Of a stretch of 64,000 bases of DNA, positions 1 to 9,464 are shown piece by piece (the stretch's first letter is position 1; every line of letters starts with the position of its first letter). Where the stretch lies: the sequence record SRR2962707_1082; one strand, written 5' to 3'. Below the pieces are notes generated by a model. That model was not told the origin of the DNA. It was given only the letters and a program-made list of their open reading frames with translations, and did no database searches. The translations under genes were made by a program, and so were the position numbers.

Positions 1-1
1 G

Positions 2-307
2 ATCTATGAAGGCGGCATCGCCAACATGAACTACTCAATCTCAAACACTGCTGAGTGGGGCGAATATGTTACTGGCCCGCGCATCATCACATCAGAAACA
101 AAAGCTGAGATGAAACGCGTTCTTCACGACATTCAAACCGGCAAATTCACATCTGATTGGATGCAAGAATGGCACGGCGGCGCTGCGAAGTTCAAAGGCA
201 TTCGCCGCATGAACGACAAGCACCAGATTGAAAAAGTGGGCGAAGAGCTTCGCGCAATGATGCCTTGGATTAAAGGCAACGCACTTGTAGACAAAGCGAA
301 AAACTAA
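2..307 (+). CDS. ilvC: ketol-acid reductoisomerase, 3' part (truncated by window start)
   Basis: Frame open from position 2: [29 protein letters not shown]...LRAMMPWI, the conserved class I KARI C-terminal domain. Confidence 0.96.
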   Translation: MYEGGIANMNYSISNTAEWGEYVTGPRIITSETKAEMKRVLHDIQTGKFTSDWMQEWHGGAAKFKGIRRMNDKHQIEKVGEELRAMMPWIKGNALVDKAKN

Positions 308-332
308 GTTTTTTCACCCGATCTAATCTTTG

Positions 333-362
333 ATGCCGCGGTGGAAACATCGCGGCATTTTT
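333..362 (+). terminator. Rho-independent terminator after ilvC
   Basis: ATGCCGCGGTG-GAAA-CATCGCGGCAT stem-loop followed by a T run. Confidence 0.85.
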
Positions 363-443
363 GTCTTAATTATTTTAGGTCAGCATTGTTGACATTTATG
401 TGTTTCAGGCGGCAAGGTAGCTAAAAATACGGGAACTAATCAA

Positions 444-1661
444 ATGACAGAGAAACATTTTGCCTCACGCGCTGGGCGCATGAAGGCGTCAGAGATACGT
501 GAACTTTTAAAACTGCTGGACCGCCCAGACATCATCTCATTTGCGGGCGGTATTCCCGATGCGAAAATTTTACCCGCGCAGGATTTTGCCGATGCCTATA
601 GCCAAGCGCTGATGGGCGGCGCGGCGGGTTTGCAATATTCTACAAGCGAGGGCCATAAGCCGCTACGCGCTTGGATTTGCGAACAGATGGGCAAGATCGG
701 CGTGCCGTGCGATATCGACAATATCATGATCACATCGGGTTCGCAGCAGGCGCTGGATTATTTGGGCAAATTGTATTTATCGCCCAATGATACGGCATTG
801 GTCAGCTGGCCGACCTATATGGGCGCGCTTGGCGCATTTAACGCCTATGAACCCAATTATGATCGCCTGTCGCGTTTGGGCAATCGCAGCGCGGAGCAGT
901 ACCGCGAGGCTGCCGCCGAAAACAATGGCAGCGTGAAATTTGCCTATATGTCAGCGGATTTTTCAAATCCAACCGGCGAGACAATGGACCGCGCGCAGCG
1001 CCTTCGCATTTTGGACCTTGCCGATGAGTTGGACATAGCGGTTATTGAAGATGGCGCTTATCAATCGCTGCGTTACACGGGCGAGGCGATCGAGCCTATT
1101 CTCGCGCTTGATATTGAGCGTTCGGGCAGCATTGAAAATGCGCGCACGATCTATTCGGGTAGTTTTTCTAAAACGCTGTCACCGGGTCTACGCATCGGCT
1201 GGGTTTGTGCATCGAAAGACATCATTTCGCGGCTGGTGATTTTGAAACAAGCAGGCGATCTGCACACCTCCACAGTCAACCAAATGGCGATGGATATTGT
1301 TGCACGTAAGATTTTCGATCAGCAGGTGGAAAAAGCGCGGACGGTCTATGGCGCGCGGCTTGGCTATATGCTGGCCGCATTAGAGCGTGAAATGCCTGAC
1401 GGTGTGACATGGACAGAGCCAGAAGGCGGTATGTTTGTTTGGGTTACGCTGCCGGAGAAAATGGATGGCGCAAGTCTGCTTGCCCGCTCATTGGATACCG
1501 AAAAAGTCGCGTTCGTGCCGGGCAAAGCCTTTTATGCAGATGGGTCTAATGCGAACACAATGCGCCTGTCATTTTCATGCGCCGATGAGGCGATGATTAA
1601 TGATGGTATTGCGCGTCTGGCACGGGTGATCGCTGCCGAGCAGGCCGCACAACAGGCTTAG
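444..1661 (+). CDS. PLP-dependent class I/II aminotransferase (LysN/MocR-like catalytic domain)
   Basis: ASEIRELLK..IISFAGGIP N-terminus, NPTG, and SFSKTLSPGLRIGW PLP-lysine motif. Confidence 0.9.
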   Translation: MTEKHFASRAGRMKASEIRELLKLLDRPDIISFAGGIPDAKILPAQDFADAYSQALMGGAAGLQYSTSEGHKPLRAWICEQMGKIGVPCDIDNIMITSGSQQALDYLGKLYLSPNDTALVSWPTYMGALGAFNAYEPNYDRLSRLGNRSAEQYREAAAENNGSVKFAYMSADFSNPTGETMDRAQRLRILDLADELDIAVIEDGAYQSLRYTGEAIEPILALDIERSGSIENARTIYSGSFSKTLSPGLRIGWVCASKDIISRLVILKQAGDLHTSTVNQMAMDIVARKIFDQQVEKARTVYGARLGYMLAALEREMPDGVTWTEPEGGMFVWVTLPEKMDGASLLARSLDTEKVAFVPGKAFYADGSNANTMRLSFSCADEAMINDGIARLARVIAAEQAAQQA

Positions 1662-1685
1662 AATTAAAGAGCGGCGCTAGAGTTT

Positions 1686-2888
1686 CTAAGCGCCGCGCTT
1701 TGCTTCCATCGCATCAAGCGCTTTTGCGAATTCATCCTGTGTTTTACCTGTCTCAAGCGCCTCAATCATGAATGCAGCTTGAGATTGGGGAACAAGCCCC
1801 CCAACAGGCGGATCCGTATCCAGATTAGACGGGAATGGGTAATCTTCTGCTGCTGCATGAATAGCGAAAACAGCATCTTCTTCGCTGATTGCATTGGCCT
1901 TCAACATTTTTTGAAGCGGGGCATAAAGCGCTTTGGCCATGGCGAGCGTGTTGAGGCTTTCCATGGCCCGTCCAAAGGCCGATGAAATCTGAAACAGATT
2001 GACCATGCGGCGTATGTCTTTTGAATTATTGGCACCCGCTGCGTGCATCAGTGCTGGATTGAAAAACAAGGCATCGCCTTTTTCCATATCCAGTTGAACA
2101 TGATGTTCTTCAAAAAACGCTTGATATTCAGGCAGTGGAAACGCCGCATAACCTTGCGCAAATGTTTGGCTATAGGGCAGGAGCTTTGTTGGGCCGCTTT
2201 CGATTGGCATATCACAGTGCGCAAGGCCGCCCTGCAATGTCAAAAAAGGCGATACCTCATGGCAAAGAGCTGGATATTGCAACGCGCGCTGTGTGGTCAT
2301 AAAGCCAAGGTGATAATCGCGGTGCGCTGATTGCGCTGCACCGCCTGGATTGACCATATTTACCTGCGCCGTGACCTGATAGCCAGGCCCAAGCCAAGCT
2401 GTTGATGCCAGAGCGATGGCGGCATTGCCGTAATAGTGGGCAAAATTCTCAGGGTCCGCGAGACAGTGCTTTTGCAGGGCGTTCCAAATGCGGTCATTGG
2501 CACCTGGTTTTGCAAAATGGTCTGCGCCGCCGGTTTTGCTGGCGCGTTGCTCGGCGATGATGTCCTCGAACACTATCGTGGCGCGATCAATAATCGCATT
2601 GTCTGTGACAGCGCGTTTTATGACAAAAACACCGGGGCCAGAACGCAGTAGTTCAGCCCATTCGGCCGTTAAGTCTTGCATCGAATTGTCATCTGCTGAC
2701 GCTGCAGATCGCACCATATCGCCATCATAAATGGGAATGTTTCGTTGAATATCAGCGGCGAGCGGCCAATCTTCTTTTGTCGCTTCTTGAGCTGTTTGTT
2801 TGGCAAATACACCAATATCTGCATCGCTCATATCGATCCAGTTTTGGCGCGCCCGCTTTGCTATTAAGTCTGATTTCAAAGTGCTCAT
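1686..2888 (-). CDS. phytanoyl-CoA dioxygenase (PhyH) family Fe(II)/2-oxoglutarate dioxygenase
   Basis: AQSAHRDYH (HxD), ESGPTKLLPYS and GDALFFNPALMHAAGAN distal His. Confidence 0.82.
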   Translation of the reverse strand: MSTLKSDLIAKRARQNWIDMSDADIGVFAKQTAQEATKEDWPLAADIQRNIPIYDGDMVRSAASADDNSMQDLTAEWAELLRSGPGVFVIKRAVTDNAIIDRATIVFEDIIAEQRASKTGGADHFAKPGANDRIWNALQKHCLADPENFAHYYGNAAIALASTAWLGPGYQVTAQVNMVNPGGAAQSAHRDYHLGFMTTQRALQYPALCHEVSPFLTLQGGLAHCDMPIESGPTKLLPYSQTFAQGYAAFPLPEYQAFFEEHHVQLDMEKGDALFFNPALMHAAGANNSKDIRRMVNLFQISSAFGRAMESLNTLAMAKALYAPLQKMLKANAISEEDAVFAIHAAAEDYPFPSNLDTDPPVGGLVPQSQAAFMIEALETGKTQDEFAKALDAMEAKRGA

Positions 2889-2967
2889 CATTTTCCTCCC
2901 GAAGCCGATGAATATTTCAAGACTAAGCGAAGTTTTTTGGCTGTGGCAAGGCGGGTGTGCGTGTTAA

Positions 2968-3675
2968 ATGGAACATATGATTCATATTCTTGACGATACC
3001 GCGCTGGTGTTAAGCGCTGACCCTTTGCCGTTTGAGGCGGAGAATGCTGCTCATATTGATGTGTTTTGGGAGCAAGCATTTGCGGCCAATCCGCATTTAT
3101 GGAACGGCGTTTTTTATATGTTTTCTAATGTGCGCATTGAGGACAATGTTTTGTGCGGGGCGGCGCATCGCACAGACTTTGCCACGTTCCTTTATTGGCG
3201 GGATCACCGCCGTGATAAAGCGGTTACCCATATTACGGGGACGACTTTGCCAGCGACATCGGACAATATTTTGCTCGCCATTAAAATGTCGAAACATACT
3301 GCCAATGCGGGGCGGGTATATTTTCCTTCTGGGTCATTTGATGTTGATGATTTGGTGCGCGGCGAATTTGATGTGGTGCGCAATTTCTCGCGTGAGATGG
3401 AAGAAGAAATAGGCCTAGAAGTGCGGCCTGAATGGCTGCATGGGCCGTTTGTTGCCACGCAGATGGATGACGTTTGGGAAGTCACACGAGTGATGAAACT
3501 GCCGATGGATTTTGCGTCTGTTGAAAAGCACTGGCAACGCCACCGCGCCGCAGGCGGTGATGATGAAATTGAAGGTCTTGTTCCGATTGCCTCTTCGTTG
3601 CATTGTCCCAAGGAAATGCCGCTCTTTGCGCAGGAGCTGAGCCGGTATTATTTCGAAAATTATAAGCCGGCTTAG
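2968..3675 (+). CDS. NUDIX hydrolase family protein
   Basis: GRVYFPSGSFD...REMEEEIGL Nudix box variant; HLWNG N-terminal motif. Confidence 0.8.
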   Translation: MEHMIHILDDTALVLSADPLPFEAENAAHIDVFWEQAFAANPHLWNGVFYMFSNVRIEDNVLCGAAHRTDFATFLYWRDHRRDKAVTHITGTTLPATSDNILLAIKMSKHTANAGRVYFPSGSFDVDDLVRGEFDVVRNFSREMEEEIGLEVRPEWLHGPFVATQMDDVWEVTRVMKLPMDFASVEKHWQRHRAAGGDDEIEGLVPIASSLHCPKEMPLFAQELSRYYFENYKPA

Positions 3676-3682
3676 GTGTTTT

Positions 3683-4987
3683 ATGGCAAATATTGAAAAT
3701 CAGAAAATCGTGCGCGGGCGCTTGCTTTGGTTCGAGCGTGAACCCGAAGGCGCAGAAGATATTGCCGCTTATAATTACATTGAAGATGGCGCTTTAGTTG
3801 TCTCTGACGGGCATATTTTATGGTCTGGTGCATGGGATGACCTGCCTAAAGAAAAACGTCAATCGGACTATATTGACCATCGGCCACATCTTATCACGCC
3901 CGGCTTCATCGACTGCCATTTGCACTTTCCACAAGGCCAAGTGGTTGCATCCTATGCAGGCTCGTTGCTGGAGTGGCTGAATAATTACACATTCATCGAA
4001 GAACAAAAATATGGTGATGCGGCCTTTGCTGCGCACATGGCGAGCCGCTTTATTGATCAATTGCTTGCCCATGGTACGACGAGCGCCGTTGCTTTTTGCT
4101 CTGTTCATAAAGCCTCATGCGATGCACTCATGGTGGAAGCCGAAAAGCGCAATATGCGTATTTTCGCTGGCAAGGTAATGATGGACCGCAATGCGCCCGA
4201 GGCGCTGCTCGATACAGCACAAAGCGGTTATGATGATACAAAGGCGCTTATGGATTATTGGACGGGCAGAGGCCGCAGTGAAATTGTTATTTCACCGCGT
4301 TTTGCGCTGACTTCCACTGAAGCGCAAATGGAGGCTGCGGGCACGCTGGTGCGCGAATATCCAAATGCACTGATGCAAACGCATCTATCGGAGAACCACG
4401 GCGAAATTGAATTTGTCATGGGGCTTTACCCGCACTGCAAAGACTATACCGATGCTTATGACCATTATGGTTTGGTGACCGATAAAAGCCTGTTCGGCCA
4501 TTCTATCCATTTGAGCGACAGGGAAATTGCGCGTTTGGGTGAGGCAAAGGCTGTGGCGGTGTTTTGCCCAACCTCAAATCTGTTTTTGGCTTCAGGATTT
4601 TACAATTTAGAACGCTTGAAACAAAGCGGCACGCGCCATGCGATTGCAACCGATATTGGCGGCGGCACCTCATGGTCAATGCTGCGCACGCTCGATGAAG
4701 GCTATAAGATCCTCAACATGCAGGGCCAGCGCTATCATCCGCTGCGTTCATTTTTTCAAGCGACGCTGGGCAATGCGCAATCGATTGGCATGGAAGGCAA
4801 GATTGGAACGCTAAGCGCGGGCGCGGAGGCAGACTTTATCGTTCTGGATAAGGCGGCAACACCGGCTATGGCGCTTCGGTCTGAAACCATTGAGACATTA
4901 TCGGAAGAGCTTTTCTTGCTGCAAACGATGGGCGATGATCGCTCTGTTTTAGCAACCTATGTGGCTGGAAACTTGGCATCTAAATAA
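3683..4987 (+). CDS. guaD: guanine deaminase
   Basis: PGFIDCHLHFPQ, LLEWLNNYTF, ISPRFA, QTHLSEN, FCPTSNLFL and TDIGGG amidohydrolase motifs. Confidence 0.93.
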   Translation: MANIENQKIVRGRLLWFEREPEGAEDIAAYNYIEDGALVVSDGHILWSGAWDDLPKEKRQSDYIDHRPHLITPGFIDCHLHFPQGQVVASYAGSLLEWLNNYTFIEEQKYGDAAFAAHMASRFIDQLLAHGTTSAVAFCSVHKASCDALMVEAEKRNMRIFAGKVMMDRNAPEALLDTAQSGYDDTKALMDYWTGRGRSEIVISPRFALTSTEAQMEAAGTLVREYPNALMQTHLSENHGEIEFVMGLYPHCKDYTDAYDHYGLVTDKSLFGHSIHLSDREIARLGEAKAVAVFCPTSNLFLASGFYNLERLKQSGTRHAIATDIGGGTSWSMLRTLDEGYKILNMQGQRYHPLRSFFQATLGNAQSIGMEGKIGTLSAGAEADFIVLDKAATPAMALRSETIETLSEELFLLQTMGDDRSVLATYVAGNLASK

Positions 4988-5028
4988 GTGATTATTCCCG
5001 TTTCCTGCATCGAAGAATATGTTAATTA

Positions 5029-7461
5029 GTGACCATGATCACATTTATACGTCTGTTCGCACTCATCTTTTTTCTCTCATTGATGCCAGCATCATATGGG
5101 CAGACAACTGCGCCAAAAGCTGCCGAGTCATTTTCCAGCGTATTAGCCCAAGTTGATGCGATCGCGAATGCGATTGAGGGGGCTTCTCAAAGCGACAAAA
5201 TGCTTGTCGATCTTGCCGTTCGCACGGACGCGCTTGAACAGTCGCTGATTGCACAAGGCGTTAAACTCTCCAATCAACTCACCGAAGTTAAGTCCAAGAT
5301 TACTCAATTGGGCGCTCTGCCGGCCGAAGGCGAAGCGCCTGAGCCTGATATTGTAACAGAACAGCGCAAGCAATTGGCAGAGCAGCGCGCCACCATAAAT
5401 CAAGATCTGAGCACGCTAGAAGACGCATCCATTCGCCTCAAAGATGTTCTGGACCGAATTTCTGAGGCCCGACGCATTTTGTTTACAGATTCGCTTTCAC
5501 GCCGTTATGATATTTCTGGCGCGTTTAGCAGCGAGCTTTATGCAGATTGGGCCAGTCGTTGGGACTTGCTTGACCGCCGCATAACCTCATGGGTTAACTT
5601 CACTTGGCGGTTTAAGCAGGGGGTTTTCTTAGAGGCATTGGGCCTCATCCTGTTGCTTGCTGGCATTGGCATCTATGCTGGAAAACGTTTTTTCCATGAG
5701 TGGATTTACCGCGACCCCGCGATTACTTCGCCGTCCTATTTCACCCGATTAACCACGGCTTTTTGGTACACGGTATTACCCTCTGCCATGCTGTGGTTTT
5801 TCTTTGTTCTCAGTTTTGGCATCCTCAGCTATCTGGGTGTCTTGCGCGATGATATTGCTGAAATTCTGCAGTCTATCCTCCTCACAATTGGTATCGTGTT
5901 TCTTATCTGGCGATTGATAAAAGGCGTTCTCGCTCCGAGTAGGCCAAATTGGCGTTTGCTAGAGGTATCAAGTCCAAGTGCCCGCTCGCTTCAAGCGATT
6001 TTGCTGATGATGGTGCTTGTTTCGGCTGGTGATGTCTTGGTCACGGAGATCAATTCCATTATCGGCACTTCAGTTCCTATAACTGTTGCACGAAGCCTGA
6101 TAACCTCCGTTGTGGTGGGCGTCTTGCTGGTGATGATTGGGTTTATTCGACCATTTTTATCCGAAGCCACGCCCGATGCAGAGCAGGTGGGCCGTCCGTG
6201 GCCACGTTTTGTGCGGGTGACATTATGGATGATTGGATTCGGTCTGATCTTCTCTGCCATTGCTGGTTATATTGGCTTTGCGCGATTTGTTGCCCAGCAA
6301 ATCGTCGTCATGGGCGCCGTCATAGCAACAATGTATTTGGGATATCGCACAGCTAATGCAATTTCTGACGAACGCGCTTTGCTTGAGACGAGCGTGGGAA
6401 ACAAGCTTCTAACGACCTACAAAATGTCAGAAACAACGGTTGACCGGATCGGGCTGCTCGCTGGTTTGACCCTTAATGGTGTTATCCTCACCGTTGGTTT
6501 GCCCATCATCGCACTTTTATGGGGCTTTAAAGTCGCCGATGTGCAGCGCTTTGTTTTTCGCTTCTTCACAAATATTCAGGTTGGCTCAATTTCAATCTCA
6601 CTGGCGAGTATTCTCATTGGGATGCTGCTATTTGCGGTTGGTCTTTTTGTAACACGGCGTTTTCAGCACTGGCTGGATGGCAAGGTTCTATCCAGAAGCG
6701 GCGTTGATGCGGGTGCGCGCAACTCAATTCGTACCGCCGCTGGCTATGTTGGTATAGCGATTGCTGGGTTGCTTGGGGTTTCAGCCGCTGGTTTGCAACT
6801 GAGCCAATTGGCGCTTGTGGCTGGTGCCTTGTCTCTTGGTATTGGTTTTGGTCTTCAAAACATTGTCAGCAATTTCGTATCTGGTCTAATTTTGCTTGCA
6901 GAAAGACCTTTCAAATCAGGCGATATTATCGAAGCGGGCGCGTTTACCGGTGTTGTTAAAAACATCAAAGTACGCGCAACGGAAATTGAGACTTTCGATA
7001 AGAAAACACTGATTTTGCCGAACTCGGAATTGATCAACTCGGCTGTTGTTAACTGGGTGCATAAAACCAGTTTGGGACGCGTTGAGATACCTGTCGGGGT
7101 TTCTTATGATTGTGATCCAAGGCAGGTCCAAGCTATGTTGCTTGAGATCGCAGATGATCATCCGCGTGTTTTGGCAAATCCCGAGCCATTTGTTGAGTTT
7201 GCTAATTTTGGCGATTCTTCTTTGGATTTCATCCTACGCGCTTATATTGCCGATATTGGTTTTGGTGTGGCGGTTAGAACTGAGCTACGGATGGCGATTT
7301 TTGAGCGCTTTAAGGCTGCTGGTATTGAAATTCCGTTCCCGCAACGCGATGTAAACTTAAAGATACATGACGGAAAAGCGACAGAAGTTATCACAAGCGC
7401 CGTGCCGGAAATCTCCGGTGTTATCAAAACAACTAAAAAAGGCGGCGTTTTAGAGGAGTAA
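5029..7461 (+). CDS. large MscS-family mechanosensitive channel with periplasmic coiled-coil (MscK/DUF3772-like)
   Basis: Signal peptide, coiled-coil, multiple TM helices, GALSLGIGFGLQNIVSNFVSGLILL and GIEIPFPQRD. Confidence 0.92.
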   Translation: MTMITFIRLFALIFFLSLMPASYGQTTAPKAAESFSSVLAQVDAIANAIEGASQSDKMLVDLAVRTDALEQSLIAQGVKLSNQLTEVKSKITQLGALPAEGEAPEPDIVTEQRKQLAEQRATINQDLSTLEDASIRLKDVLDRISEARRILFTDSLSRRYDISGAFSSELYADWASRWDLLDRRITSWVNFTWRFKQGVFLEALGLILLLAGIGIYAGKRFFHEWIYRDPAITSPSYFTRLTTAFWYTVLPSAMLWFFFVLSFGILSYLGVLRDDIAEILQSILLTIGIVFLIWRLIKGVLAPSRPNWRLLEVSSPSARSLQAILLMMVLVSAGDVLVTEINSIIGTSVPITVARSLITSVVVGVLLVMIGFIRPFLSEATPDAEQVGRPWPRFVRVTLWMIGFGLIFSAIAGYIGFARFVAQQIVVMGAVIATMYLGYRTANAISDERALLETSVGNKLLTTYKMSETTVDRIGLLAGLTLNGVILTVGLPIIALLWGFKVADVQRFVFRFFTNIQVGSISISLASILIGMLLFAVGLFVTRRFQHWLDGKVLSRSGVDAGARNSIRTAAGYVGIAIAGLLGVSAAGLQLSQLALVAGALSLGIGFGLQNIVSNFVSGLILLAERPFKSGDIIEAGAFTGVVKNIKVRATEIETFDKKTLILPNSELINSAVVNWVHKTSLGRVEIPVGVSYDCDPRQVQAMLLEIADDHPRVLANPEPFVEFANFGDSSLDFILRAYIADIGFGVAVRTELRMAIFERFKAAGIEIPFPQRDVNLKIHDGKATEVITSAVPEISGVIKTTKKGGVLEE

Positions 7462-7552
7462 TGGTTGTTCATAAACCATTCAGCTTTGAAATGCGATAAA
7501 GGCTGCAAGTTAGAAATTGCTGCGGTTTCGCAGTAAAAAAGGAGACGATAAA

Positions 7553-7828
7553 ATGTCTATTAAAACAAAGATTGCTTCAATCGCGGCCCTTATGGTTGTT
7601 TCGAGCTCATTGCTTGCTCACGCTGCAACGGTTGAAAACAAAGACGCTGATGCGGTAACGCTAACAGTGACTGAAGATGGTGTGAAAGACACAATCGTTG
7701 TTTCACCAGGCGCAAAAGTTGATTTCTGCGCAAATGGCTGCTTTGTGACGACACCAAGCGGTGACCGTGCGGCGCTTTCTGGCGGCGAGAATGTACAGAT
7801 CGTCAATGGCGAAGCGGTTGTTCAGTAA
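7553..7828 (+). CDS. small secreted hypothetical protein (91 aa)
   Basis: AGGAG RBS before ATG 7553; signal peptide ending AHA; CANGC motif; own terminator. Confidence 0.75.
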   Translation: MSIKTKIASIAALMVVSSSLLAHAATVENKDADAVTLTVTEDGVKDTIVVSPGAKVDFCANGCFVTTPSGDRAALSGGENVQIVNGEAVVQ

Positions 7829-7856
7829 AAGACCTTATGTCTTATTGAGATTTAAC

Positions 7857-7888
7857 AATGAGCGCGGCATTCGTCGCGCTCATTTTTT
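7857..7888 (+). terminator. Rho-independent terminator
   Basis: AATGAGCGCGGC-loop-GTCGCGCTCATT followed by TTTT. Confidence 0.85.
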
Positions 7889-7996
7889 GTTTACTATAAA
7901 GCTGATCTTTCAGCCTTTATTCTAACTTTTGCGCCTAAAGTTTCTGTATTTTAACGTCCTTGTACCATTTTGCTCCATGTATGCAAATGAGGGCAC

Positions 7997-9460
7997 GTGG
8001 ATACAATGGTTACTAAGCCAAATATTAAATCAATTCCTTTGGCGGTGGATTTAGACGGAACGCTTATTTCAGCTGATCTTCTGTGGGAGTGTGTTTTCAC
8101 ACTCATGCGCGTCAATCCGTTGATGGCGTTTATGATACCTGTTTGGTTGTTTACCGGTGGTATTAAGCGCCTCAAAAGCGAAGTATTTTCGCGCGTCGAT
8201 ATTGATGTGTCCGACCTGCCGTATCGCCCAGAAGTTCTTGCCTATATTAAAGCTGAGAAAAAACGCGGACGTAAGATCATTCTTGCGACTGCTAGTTTCC
8301 AAGAAAAAGCGGACCAGATTGTTGCCCATTTGGGTATTTTTGATGAGGCGCGTGGTTCCAGCGGTGCGCTTAACTTGAAAGCGTCTGCAAAGACAGCCTA
8401 TCTCGTCGAGACCTACGGCGAGGGCGGCTTTGATTATATGGGCAATAGCCGCGATGACATCAAAGTATTTAACGCTGCGCGCGAGGCCATTGTTGTTGCA
8501 CCTGATGAACCAGCGCGCAAATGGGCCGCGAAAAATAACGCAGTCATTCTTGCCGATAAGGGTTCTGTGAAGTTGAAAGAATACGCAAAAATGCTGCGTG
8601 TTCATCAATGGGCAAAAAACGTGCTCATCGCTGTTGCACCGATTTTGGACCAGAAAATTTTTGAACTCATCAATATTTTCCATGTTGCTGGCGCGTTTTT
8701 CGCGTTCTCATTTTTGGCTTCGGCCGTTTATATTTTCAACGATCTGTTTGATTTGTCGATGGACCGTGCCCATGCGACTAAGCGCAATCGGCCGCTTGCG
8801 GCGGGGCGTATTCACGCTGGAACTGCTATAAAAATTGCCTTTGGCCTTGTTGCTACATCGGTTCTTATCTCGCTCTTCTTGCCGCTTGAATTTGGCATAG
8901 TGCTTGGATGCTACTTTGTTATCACAACGGCTTATTCGCTTAAAATTAAGCGCTGGTTGTTGATCGATGTTATTACATTGGCGGGTCTTTATACCGTGCG
9001 CATTATCGCTGGTATGGCGGCAACCCTTGCTGAGCCATCATTTTGGTTGTTGGCCTTTGCTGTGTTCTTCTTCCTGTCTTTGGCGCTGGTTAAGCGTTAC
9101 GTAGAACTCGATCATGCCGATGATTTGGGCGAAAAAGAAAAGCTGAGTGGTCGCGGTTACCGCGCAGAAGATAAAACAATTATTGCCCAAGCGGGCATCG
9201 CGTCAGCCTTTGCGTCTGTTGTGGTTTTGGCACTTTATTTGCAGTCAGCTTCGGTATTTGAAGCCTTTAGAGATCCCTATCTGCTTTGGCCTATCTGCCC
9301 ATTGGTGCTTTATATCATTCTGCGCATTTGGATTTTGGCAAACCGCCGCGAATTTAACGAAGATCCGGTGACCTTTATTTTGACAGATTGGCGTAGCCAA
9401 TTGATGGTCTGTGTCGGCGGTGTATTGGTGGTTGCGGCCACCTTTTCGCAGGGGTTTTAG
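7997..9460 (+). CDS. HAD-UbiA fusion: polyprenyl-phosphate phosphoribosyltransferase (DPPR synthase/NoeC-like)
   Basis: N-terminal HAD motif AVDLDGTL, ATAS, YMGNSRDD; C-terminal RVHQWAKN, YIFNDLFD..DRAHATKRNRPLAAG, AYSLKIK and KRYVEL, typical of the Rv3806c-like UbiA subfamily. Confidence 0.87.
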   Translation: MDTMVTKPNIKSIPLAVDLDGTLISADLLWECVFTLMRVNPLMAFMIPVWLFTGGIKRLKSEVFSRVDIDVSDLPYRPEVLAYIKAEKKRGRKIILATASFQEKADQIVAHLGIFDEARGSSGALNLKASAKTAYLVETYGEGGFDYMGNSRDDIKVFNAAREAIVVAPDEPARKWAAKNNAVILADKGSVKLKEYAKMLRVHQWAKNVLIAVAPILDQKIFELINIFHVAGAFFAFSFLASAVYIFNDLFDLSMDRAHATKRNRPLAAGRIHAGTAIKIAFGLVATSVLISLFLPLEFGIVLGCYFVITTAYSLKIKRWLLIDVITLAGLYTVRIIAGMAATLAEPSFWLLAFAVFFFLSLALVKRYVELDHADDLGEKEKLSGRGYRAEDKTIIAQAGIASAFASVVVLALYLQSASVFEAFRDPYLLWPICPLVLYIILRIWILANRREFNEDPVTFILTDWRSQLMVCVGGVLVVAATFSQGF

Positions 9461-9464
9461 TTGA

